From positions 12,483 through 76,482 of the IMG/VR virus record IMGVR_UViG_3300020027_000005: 64,000 nt of DNA, one strand, 5' to 3'. The stretch comes from a virus. Within the stretch, counting starts at the first letter, position 1, and the number at the start of each line of letters is the position of its first letter. The translations under genes and the position numbers were made by a program. Positions 39,210 through 48,100 of this stretch are shown piece by piece. A model generated the notes under the pieces. The model searched no databases. It was not told where the DNA came from and saw nothing but the letters and a program-made list of their open reading frames with translations.

Positions 39210-40576
39210 GTCCCCCGCGCGATTTCGAAGGGATAACGCAGGTTTGTCAGCAGATGCCGCATCTTCTTGCAAGCAGTGTGCATGGGCCGGATGAATTCGT
39301 CTTCGAACACGATGACGACCGGGACTTTCTTGTTGAGCACCGGTCGCTGGATTCTTCCGTAGACCTGCCGAAGCATTCCCTCGTCCGAGATCCCGAAAGG
39401 AAGGATGAGACAGTCGAGATCCTTTCTATCCAGACCCTCTTTCGCAAGCTGAAGGATGGCGAAAATCAAGTTGCAGTTGTTGAGGACCTCGGCCCTGTCG
39501 ACGCCCTTGTGCTTTCCGTGAATCATCCCTGCCTTCACGGAGGGGCGATCCTTGTAGAGTCCGAACATCTTCTCGACGTGTTCGACCCGAGGCGAAAGAA
39601 ACAAAGGCTTCCTGCCCTCCAAGAGGAGGGGTTCAATCCAGGAATGGATCTGCGCATTCCGACGTTCGTCTTCGGAGAGCAGGGTCCAGAGTTTCGGGAT
39701 GTTGAGTTCTCCCAGCCGGTCCATCGCCTTCGCGAAGTCGACGTGGTCCAGTCGACGGCCTGTTCGAACAAACCAGGTTTCTGGAATCACATCTTGCTCG
39801 TAGTTGGAGTAGAGCACTCCCCCCAGGTGGTGCTGGTAGAGCATGTCGCACCCGTCTCGACGACCAGGAGTCGCGCTCAACCCCCACCGGATTCCCTTGA
39901 TGAGACCCGCAGTGGTGTTGAACTCTGGCGCTCCCAGGTGGTGGACCTCGTCGTAGATTCCGACGCCGAAGTGGTTCCTCATTTCTTCAGGGAACTCTTC
40001 GGAGTCCATTCTCGAGGCCAGAGTCTGAATCGAGGCGATGCAGAGAGGATGTTCCCAGTCCCACCTGTCTCCTCGAATTGTTCCGACATCTTCTGCCCGA
40101 AGAGTCGTGTGCTCTACAATTCGATCCCGCCACTGCTGCTCGAGGTCGATGGTGTGGACGACGATCAGACCGGGCGTCTGAGCCCAGACCCATCTGTCGA
40201 GAGCGACTACCGTTTTCCCCGCGCCACACGCGAGCGAAAGAATCCCGGAGCCTCTGTCCGACATGATGGAAGCGCTGGTGAACTGCACCGGTCCCCGAAG
40301 CTCCGAGCGCATTTGTGCGCCTTCGAGCTTCGGGAACTGTGTGTACGAGGCGTCTTCGATTTCGAAGGGCAAGGTGCCCCACTCGTCGAAGGGGAGGAAC
40401 TCCCGAGGAACCACGAGGTGGTTCTCCGTGAGTCCCCAAGCATCTACCCTCGTTCTGTCTGGAAGGTAGAACGTGAGGGAATTCTGAATCCCCTGGATAC
40501 TCTTCATGTGTTTCAGGGGGAGCCAGAGCCAGTCCTTTCGGTAGCCCAGCTCCGGACTCAGAGTCTTTACTCTCAT
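39206..40576 (-). CDS. Superfamily 2 DEAH-box helicase (UvsW/ResIII-like)
   Basis: CGAGKT; DEVHH; SATP; EGLD; QVYGRIQR. Confidence 0.9.
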   Translation of the reverse strand: MRVKTLSPELGYRKDWLWLPLKHMKSIQGIQNSLTFYLPDRTRVDAWGLTENHLVVPREFLPFDEWGTLPFEIEDASYTQFPKLEGAQMRSELRGPVQFTSASIMSDRGSGILSLACGAGKTVVALDRWVWAQTPGLIVVHTIDLEQQWRDRIVEHTTLRAEDVGTIRGDRWDWEHPLCIASIQTLASRMDSEEFPEEMRNHFGVGIYDEVHHLGAPEFNTTAGLIKGIRWGLSATPGRRDGCDMLYQHHLGGVLYSNYEQDVIPETWFVRTGRRLDHVDFAKAMDRLGELNIPKLWTLLSEDERRNAQIHSWIEPLLLEGRKPLFLSPRVEHVEKMFGLYKDRPSVKAGMIHGKHKGVDRAEVLNNCNLIFAILQLAKEGLDRKDLDCLILPFGISDEGMLRQVYGRIQRPVLNKKVPVVIVFEDEFIRPMHTACKKMRHLLTNLRYPFEIARGT

Positions 40577-40591
40577 CCTTCCTCCCCGGAA

Positions 40592-41008
40592 TTACTCCCG
40601 GTAGTTCGTCGGCTTTCTTGGGTAGAGCCGTCGTCTCCGGAAGAAGTAGGCGATCTCTTCGCCTGCTGCGAATGCTGCCGCTGCGACTGCGACCTCGAGA
40701 ACCCGTAATCCCAAGTCCTTGAGGATTTCTCCGAAGGTTGGCGGTTCCCATTCATGGAGATCTTCTTGTTTTCGAAGGACGGGAACTTCGTGCGCCCCGA
40801 TTCGATCTCCATCACTGTTTCTTTCTGCACGGACGATGGTCGGCCCTTGCCTGGTTTCTGGGCGGGGGCTTCCTGCATTTGCAGGTCGCATAACCGGGGA
40901 TGGTGCTCGGGAAGGTTGGACACCCGTGAACGAGTACGGGCTTGAGGATGACGTGGTCGGCCCACCACTTCGCAGGCGGGCGAAGATATCCTGCTGCTCG
41001 TCCGACAT
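40592..41008 (-). CDS. Hypothetical protein, first gene of the replication operon
   Basis: GAGGTG RBS; GCATAAG motif 46 nt upstream. Confidence 0.6.
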   Translation of the reverse strand: MSDEQQDIFARLRSGGPTTSSSSPYSFTGVQPSRAPSPVMRPANAGSPRPETRQGPTIVRAERNSDGDRIGAHEVPVLRKQEDLHEWEPPTFGEILKDLGLRVLEVAVAAAAFAAGEEIAYFFRRRRLYPRKPTNYRE

Positions 41009-41050
41009 GATTGCTTCACCTCTCTAAAGGCGTGATACTTGGGTTGTCAT

Positions 41051-41063
41051 CTACCTTATGCGC
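41051..41063 (-). promoter_or_regulatory. Candidate phage promoter GCGCATAAGGTAG
   Basis: 13-bp identity with 32868-32880; sits at the divergence point heading the minus-strand operon. Confidence 0.65.
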
Positions 41064-41093
41064 CCGAAAATCACTTTCGGTTGGAGTGCTTCG

Positions 41094-42179
41094 ATGCGAA
41101 AGTATGAAGCGGCAACCCTGGACTTCTACGATGACCGGGGAATCCTCCTCCGAGAGTTGATCGAAGACCCGAAGGACATTCCGGACTTCGTGAAGACCGC
41201 AGAGGCTGTGGATCAAAACGCGCACTCGGAGCTGTTCGCCCTGGTTCTTCACGAGGACGGTCACCTCTTCAAGAAGTTCGCGACAGCGGATGCAGGGAAC
41301 ACCTTTCTGTCGACGCTCTACTTCTCGCAGACTTTCGACAGACTGCCGGAGGAGGCCCAGAAGATCGCTGCGGTCAACCTGGTCCAGGCCTGCGAGGCCT
41401 TCGACATCGGAGTTCCGGACTTCCTGCTCGATCTCCTCGGCGAAGCTGAAGTGGGACCGATCGGGTCGAACATCGTGGACGTCTCGGGTCGGTCTCCTCC
41501 GATGCAGAAGGTCGCCCACGAGGACGAACCCGTGGAGTACGCCGTTGTCCGCCCGAACGGAGAGAAGTTCTACCCGCTGCGGGATGCGTCGAGCGTGAAG
41601 CTCGCGAGTGACTTCTTCGCCGAGAACCACATGAGGATGGTTCCGAAAGAGCGGAGGCAGTTCGCGGTCAAGGTGGCGAGTCTCGCCAAGAAGGGCGCCC
41701 TCCCCGTCTCCGAGCCCATCAAGAAGTACGCCGGGACCGACTACGGAGCCCTGGTTGAAGGCCACCTCACTACCAGGTACCTGCACCTGGTGGACGCAGG
41801 GGCGAACCCGACGGTGACGGGAGTTCTCACGAAGCTTGCGAACTTGCGGAGCAAGCTCGAGCCCGAGGACTTCGCAGCTGTCCTGGAGCAGTTCGACATC
41901 GACCAGGGTCTCGACGCACTCTGGGACCGTGGGGTGGCCGACCCCTGGTACTCGACCTTCGCGAACGAGAAGAGGGCCGAGGCCGCACTCTCGGTCGGGT
42001 TCATCACCCGGGATGAGCTCCAGAAGCTGGCTCAACGAGCGGACCAGCTCCACCCCTTCTTCCAGGAGGAAGTGATCACGGCTTTCCGGGACGATCCGGT
42101 GGTTGTGTTCGAGTCCATGCCCCTGCCCATGAAGCAGCTCATCGGTCGGATCTCCGAAGGCACTCTTTCGGCAGGGTAG
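41094..42179 (+). CDS. Putative head-associated protein with repeated K-x-A motifs
   Basis: GGAG RBS before ATG at 41094; KTAE, KIAA, KVAH, KLAS, KVAS, KLAN, KRAE, KLAQ; upstream of the portal. Confidence 0.65.
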   Translation: MRKYEAATLDFYDDRGILLRELIEDPKDIPDFVKTAEAVDQNAHSELFALVLHEDGHLFKKFATADAGNTFLSTLYFSQTFDRLPEEAQKIAAVNLVQACEAFDIGVPDFLLDLLGEAEVGPIGSNIVDVSGRSPPMQKVAHEDEPVEYAVVRPNGEKFYPLRDASSVKLASDFFAENHMRMVPKERRQFAVKVASLAKKGALPVSEPIKKYAGTDYGALVEGHLTTRYLHLVDAGANPTVTGVLTKLANLRSKLEPEDFAAVLEQFDIDQGLDALWDRGVADPWYSTFANEKRAEAALSVGFITRDELQKLAQRADQLHPFFQEEVITAFRDDPVVVFESMPLPMKQLIGRISEGTLSAG

Positions 42180-42182
42180 AAC

Positions 42183-42851
42183 GTGCCTGAGCCTCTTGTT
42201 CGCAGAGCCGGTCTTCTCGAAGACGAACAGGGTCTGCACCTCATCACTCTGAGTGTGCTTCTGCTCGATCTACTCGGGCCGGAGTACTTGTTCTGGACTT
42301 CTGAGGCGCTCCGAGAAGAGCTCCAGGAGAGGTACGGGAAAATCGGCGTCGTGACCTGGGAGCGGGTTCAGGCACTCCGAATTCTCCACGTCCATGACGC
42401 CTACTGGCAGGAGTGGGAAGTCTTCGAGAAGGTCACGGCTGCCATCTGTGGAGAGCCTCCGATCTTCAGCCTGGTTCAGCCACAGGAAGCAGAGGAAGTG
42501 TTCATCTCTCTGTCGACGGCTTCGCGAATCGACCAGCATGACTTCGACGAAGATGTTCGGAGCTACATGGTGGCGGCGTGCCTGAACGACGGGCTCTGGT
42601 ATTTCGAAGAGCCCGTCGCAGCGGTCGGAAGTTCGGAGCTCGTGGAGTTGGACACTCGACAGGGGATTCAGAGACCATTCGGGCTCATCTCGGCAGAACT
42701 CGAAAAGTCCAACAAGTTCCGTCCGGAGTCAGACGACCCTGTGCTCACCCAAGTGAATCGGGTTCTAGAGGTGCGGCAGGCGCTTCGACTGTACAATGAG
42801 GCGGTCGATAGGCAGCTGCTCCAGCTCCCACAACTGCTGAAGGGTGTTTGA
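42183..42851 (+). CDS. Hypothetical protein in the head module
   Basis: TGATG coupling to the portal gene. Confidence 0.65.
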   Translation: MPEPLVRRAGLLEDEQGLHLITLSVLLLDLLGPEYLFWTSEALREELQERYGKIGVVTWERVQALRILHVHDAYWQEWEVFEKVTAAICGEPPIFSLVQPQEAEEVFISLSTASRIDQHDFDEDVRSYMVAACLNDGLWYFEEPVAAVGSSELVELDTRQGIQRPFGLISAELEKSNKFRPESDDPVLTQVNRVLEVRQALRLYNEAVDRQLLQLPQLLKGV

Positions 42852-44764
42852 TGGCGGGCATTGGGACAACTGGATTCGGACCCGGAAGCGCTTCCCGGTT
42901 TTCGAACAACCAGTCGACAACAGGGAACAACGTTCGATACCCGTCCCCCTGGTGGGACATTTCGAACATGGACCTTCCGAGGTCCGTGAAGCACCTCTTC
43001 AAGTGGTGCCTCTACCATGTTCTCGTGAATCCACTCGTTGCTCCAGTTGTTCGGAAGATGGCGGCCTACCCCATCACCGAAATCATCATCGAGGACGAGC
43101 CGCACGAAGGCTTCCAGAAGCACAAGGAGCGGTGGGAAGACTGCCTCTTCAAGACCCTGAACATCGACCAGTTTCAGCTGGAGATCGGGCTCGACTACCA
43201 CGGCTACGGGAATGCCCTGGTCTCGCTGCTCACTCCGTTCCACAAGGTTCTGACCTGCACCCACTGCAAGTACGAGGAGCGGATCAAAAAGCTGAAGTTC
43301 GGTGAGGTGTGGGACTTCAAAGAGTTCAAGTTCATCCTGCACTGTCCAAAATGCAAGATGAGTGCGACCGCGAAGGTCGACGATGTATCGTACAGGTCTT
43401 TCCGGGACTTGAAGATCATCCGATGGAACCCGGCAGACATCGACATTGATTTCAACCCGATCACTCGAGTGGCCGAGTACGCGTACAACATTCCGGAACG
43501 GGTGAAGACCAAAATCCTCCGGAAGAACAAGCGCTACTTGGAAGAGATTCCACAGGTCATCTTTCAGGCCATGAAGGAGCAGCGAGCTGTCCTTCTGAAC
43601 CCAGACAACCTGTACCACTTCAAGGCCCCGACTCCGTCTCTGCCGTCGAGTGACGAAGGGTGGGGCTACCCGCCGATCCTTCCGGCATTGAAGGACTCGT
43701 TCTACTTGCAGCAGATGAAGAAGGCGCAGGAGATGGTGCTTCTCGAGCACATGCTCCCACTCGACATCTTCTTCCCGGCTTCAGCCGACGCGAATGCGAA
43801 TCCCTATCAGATGATCAACCTCCACGACTGGAAGCAGCGGGTGGAGGCGGAGATCACTCGCTGGAAATGGGACCCGAACTACAAGCCCATCATGCCCATT
43901 CCCGTCGGGCATCAGCGAATCGGAGGGAACGGAAAGGCCCTCATGCTCACCCAGGAGATTCGAGCCTGGTCCGAGCACATCATCGCTGGCATGGGAGTTC
44001 CTCAGGAATTCGCTTTCGGTGGTCTGACCTGGTCCGGGTCCAGCGTCTCTCTCCGGATGCTCGAGAACCAGTTCTCGAACTACCGGTCGATGCATGAGAA
44101 TTTCCTGCAGAACTGGCTCATCCCCAGGATCGCCAACTACATGGCGTGGTCTGAAATCTCCATCCATCTCCGTGACTTCAAGATGGCCGACGACATGCAG
44201 CTCAAGCAGCTGCTGATCACGTTGAACCAGATGAAGAAGATCTCCGACAAGACCCTCCTCGCCGAGTTCGGGCGTGATGCGCTCGAAGAGTCGAAGCTGA
44301 TGGAGCAGGAGATGCAGCGCCAGATGCAGATGCAGCGGACGCAGATGATGTACACGACCCAGATCCAGGTCGAAGCTTCGGCGATCCAGATGAAGGGCCA
44401 GATGAAGATGCAGGAACAGCAGATGAAGGCCCAGCAGAAGGCGATGGGTGGCCAGGCTGTGGATCCGCAGACTGGAATGCCGATGCAGGGTGCCCAGGGC
44501 GGAGGAGTTCCAGGCACTCCGGCGCAGGGTCCGCAGGGTGGACAGGAAGGCCAGAGCGTCGATGTACGTCAACTCGCAGAGGCGTACGGGAAAAAACTGG
44601 CGAACATGCCTCCAGAGCAGGCAGCCCCGATCCTCCATCGGATGTCCCAGGAGAATCCGCAGCTCCATATGCTCGTGATGCAGGCCATGCAGACGAACAC
44701 GACTGCGGACATGCGCCCTCTGCCGGAACAGCGCCCTCCGACACGAGAGACGGGACTGGTCTAG
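42851..44764 (+). CDS. Portal protein with inserted zinc ribbon and Gln/Met-rich C-terminus
   Basis: NPLVAPVVRKMA; DYHGYGNALV; IRWNP; LYHFK...GWGYPPILPAL; IIAGMGVP; CTHC...CPKC insert. Confidence 0.7.
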   Translation: MAGIGTTGFGPGSASRFSNNQSTTGNNVRYPSPWWDISNMDLPRSVKHLFKWCLYHVLVNPLVAPVVRKMAAYPITEIIIEDEPHEGFQKHKERWEDCLFKTLNIDQFQLEIGLDYHGYGNALVSLLTPFHKVLTCTHCKYEERIKKLKFGEVWDFKEFKFILHCPKCKMSATAKVDDVSYRSFRDLKIIRWNPADIDIDFNPITRVAEYAYNIPERVKTKILRKNKRYLEEIPQVIFQAMKEQRAVLLNPDNLYHFKAPTPSLPSSDEGWGYPPILPALKDSFYLQQMKKAQEMVLLEHMLPLDIFFPASADANANPYQMINLHDWKQRVEAEITRWKWDPNYKPIMPIPVGHQRIGGNGKALMLTQEIRAWSEHIIAGMGVPQEFAFGGLTWSGSSVSLRMLENQFSNYRSMHENFLQNWLIPRIANYMAWSEISIHLRDFKMADDMQLKQLLITLNQMKKISDKTLLAEFGRDALEESKLMEQEMQRQMQMQRTQMMYTTQIQVEASAIQMKGQMKMQEQQMKAQQKAMGGQAVDPQTGMPMQGAQGGGVPGTPAQGPQGGQEGQSVDVRQLAEAYGKKLANMPPEQAAPILHRMSQENPQLHMLVMQAMQTNTTADMRPLPEQRPPTRETGLV

Positions 44765-44801
44765 TCGTCGCTCTCTTCTTCAGCGACGACAGACCCAGCT
44801 G

Positions 44802-44885
44802 CTACTCTTCCTCTTCAGCCCTTGCGGTAGCGAGGGACAGCAGGAAGCCGTTCAACACACCTAGGAGAACACACCACCACCACAT
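44802..44885 (-). CDS. 27-aa hydrophobic peptide MWWWCVLLGVLNGFLLSLATARAEEEE
   Basis: TGATG coupling to the upstream small ORF. Confidence 0.35.
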   Translation of the reverse strand: MWWWCVLLGVLNGFLLSLATARAEEEE

Positions 44886-45049
44886 CAGGCGGGGTCCGGA
44901 GTGCTGTCCTCGCTCTTTCCACGATCGTCAGCGTCATCATCGACGCTCCAGAGCGACTCCCGCAGTCTTTGGTCGACCACGGACTGCCCTTGAGTAGTCT
45001 CCTCCTCTTCCTGTTCCCGCTTCTTCTTCCTCTTCTCTTCCTCGGTCAT
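44885..45049 (-). CDS. 54-aa highly charged protein
   Basis: GGAG RBS; downstream of GCGCATAAG (45087-45095); MTEEEKRKKKREQEEEE... Confidence 0.5.
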   Translation of the reverse strand: MTEEEKRKKKREQEEEETTQGQSVVDQRLRESLWSVDDDADDRGKSEDSTPDPA

Positions 45050-45127
45050 CGATTCTCCAGAAGCCGACATTGTTGGCTCCAACATTCTTATGCGCGATAG
45101 ACTTGGGCAGCTTTCGTAGGATGGACG

Positions 45128-48100
45128 ATGTCGAACTTGAGCCCGGAAATGCAGTTCGAGTCGCTGAAGTCCAGCCTCTCCGGGACCCTGAAGGGAATGT
45201 TTCCCATCGAGACGAGGGGTGGGAATTCCATCGTCCTCGAAGAAGTGGAGTTCAAGGACGAGAAGGGCAGCGGAGACCTTCGGGAGCAGCAGAAAGCTCT
45301 CCGTGAGGCCAAGAGCTGGTCCATTCCGGTCTACGGAACCTTCAGCACGAAGAACAAGAACGGAACGGAGACCGATCGGAAGCGCGTTCTGATGATGCAC
45401 CTGCCTCGTACGACTGATCGTTTCGGGTACATCGTCGATGGGAACGAGTACCAGATCCTCAACCAGTTTCGACTGAAGTCTGGTGTGTACCACCGGATGG
45501 CTCCAGACGGAGATGCGCTCGCAGAGTTCAATCTCGCGAACTCGGACCAGTTCGCAAACGGAAAGAGCTTCAAGCTCAGATTGGTTCCGAAGACTGCGGT
45601 CTTCTACGTCGACCACCGCAATTCGAGTGTCCCGCTCTACCCCCTTCTCAAGTCTGTCGGAGTGACCGACGAAGATCTCGAGAAGGCGTGGGGAAAGGAA
45701 ATCCTCGAACGGAACCAGGCGAAGGGAGCAGAAGCTCGGTCGTTCGGAGCCCTCCGTCGGGCTGTGGGTGCAGAGCTCCCCGGCGTAGATGGCTCCGAAC
45801 TTTTCGGGAAGCTGCTGGCCAAGACGAAACTCCTTCCGGAGACCACGGAGAAGACTCTCGGAAAGGCCTACGCGTCCGTGACTCCGGAGTTGTTGGCCCA
45901 GAGCACGAAGCAACTCCTGGAACTCTCTCGTGGAGCTCGGGCCGAGGACGATAAGACCTCTCTCGAATACCAGGGGATGTACTCGGCGAACGACCTGCTC
46001 TCTGGCCATCTCCAGAGGAAGGCAGGTCTGATCAAAAGGAAGATTCAGACGAACCTGGAGAAGAAGAAGGGTGTTCGGTTGATCGTGCCGACGGACACGT
46101 TTGACCAGGCTCTTCGGTCCTTCTTCTCCACTTCCCTGGTCTCGCAGCCCGAGCAGACGAATCCTCTCGAGATGCTCTCTGGAGCACTCAAGACGACGAT
46201 CATGGGGGAGCAGGGAGGCATCAAATCCAGCTTCGCGATCTCCGAGAATGCGAAGCTCGTGAACCCTTCTCACCTGGGATTTCTGGACCCGATCCACACG
46301 CCAGAAGGTGAAAAGACAGGCGTGTCTCTTGCGCTGCCTCTCGGGGCTGGAAAGCGAGGGAACGAGATCGTCTCCACCTTCTGGAATGCGAAGACCAAGA
46401 AGCGGCAGGAGATCTCTGCTGGAGAGGCACTCCACGCCACCGTGGCTTTCCCGGACCAGTACGTTCAGAAGGGTTCGGGGATGTCTCCGGTCGCTCCGAA
46501 GGTGAAGGCGACGAAGGACGGGAACATCGTCTACGTCAGCCATCGGGAGGTCGACTACGTCATCCCGAGTCCGCGAGCAGTATTCGGAGTCTCCTCGAAC
46601 CTGATCCCGTTCTTGCAGAACAACCAGGGCAACCGAGCGATGACAGCAGCTCGGCAGCAGGAACAAGCAGTTCCTCTTCTCTACCGTGAGGAGCCTCTGG
46701 TCCAGGTGAAGACCGACGGAAAGGCGACCTTCGAGGAGATCCTCGGAGAGAGCTCTGCTCGGAACTCCCCTGTGGATGGGGAGATTCTTCGTGTTGAGAG
46801 AGACGCCATCATCATCAAGGACAGCAAGGGCGAGAAGCACGAGATTCAGTTCTACAAGGACTTCGCGCTCAAAGGGAACACCCTCTACGACTCCGACGTG
46901 AAGGTGAAGGCCGGAGACAAGGTGAAGAAGGGAGACCTTCTCGCCGACACGACGTTCACGAAGAATGGGAAGCTCGCTCTCGGTACCAATCTTCGAACTG
47001 CCTACATGGCGTTCAACGGGTACAACTTCGAGGATGGCATCGTTATTTCTGAGGACGCTGCCAAAAAGCTCACAAGCCTACATGTCCATCAGAAAGACAT
47101 CCCGTTCGACACGGACACTGTGCTCGACAAGAAGAAGTTCCTCTCGCAGTACCAGTATGGGTTCGGGAAGGAGCAGCTCGAAAATGTGGGCGAGGACGGA
47201 GTCATCAAGGTCGGCTCCCGCGTGAAGGAAGGAGATCCTCTCCTCCTGGCTCTGAGGAAGCCGAACGAGTCGCAGCTCCGCAAGCAGATCATGGCCTTCC
47301 GGCGAGGGCGTCCCGACAAGTTCCGGGACGGCTCACTGGCTTGGGACCACGAGGCTCCCGGCATCGTCACGGACGTGGTGAAGCGGGGAGACCAGGTCGT
47401 GGTCTACGTGAAGACCGAGGAGCCTGCGCAGGTAGGTGACAAGCTTGTAGGGCGGCACGGGAACAAGGGAATCATCACGCGAGTGGTTCCGCAAGCAGAG
47501 ATGCCCTACTCCACGGACGCGAAGGGCGAGAAGCAGCACGTCGATATCCTCATGAACCCCCTTGGGGTCCCCGGGCGTATCAACCTCGGCCAGATCCTGG
47601 AGACGGCTGCTGGGAAGATCGCCACAAAGACCGGGAAGACCTACGAAGTCAAGAACTTCGAACACGGGAAGGACTACCTCACCGACATCAAGGCAGACCT
47701 GAAGAAGAACGGGCTCTCGGATAAGGAAGCCCTCTTCGATCCGACGACCGGAAAGCACTTCGAACAGGAAGTGATGACCGGGAATCAGTACATCTTGAAG
47801 CTGAAGCACATGGCTACGAAGAAGATCTCCGCCCGCTCGGGCTCGGGCGGTGAGGGATCCTTCTACGACGTGAACCATGCCCCGAGTTCGGGAGCCCCTC
47901 ACGGTGGACAGGCCATGGACCCGCTCGGGCTCTACGCCCTGTTGGCTCACGGAGCTCGCGAGAATATCTCGGAGATGTACACCTACAAGTCGGACAAGAA
48001 CGACGCCTTCTGGGACGCTATCCGGGAAGGGGCACCGATTCCGCCCCCGAAGACGCCGTTCGTGTACGACAAGTTTCTCAAGTATATGAACGCGCTTCGC

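Noticed and set aside
41058-41093. Track start ATG at 41058
   Set aside because: That ATG is part of the opposite-strand CTTATGC motif and has no RBS; ATG at 41094 has GGAG.
482-42183. TAG recoding, suggested by in-frame TAG junctions at 482/492, 22353/22357, 29617/29616 and 42179/42183
   Set aside because: About a third of TAG junctions are expected to be in frame by chance. Other TAGs overlap the next start in a different frame, very long ORFs have no internal TAG, and no clear CTA-anticodon tRNA is present.
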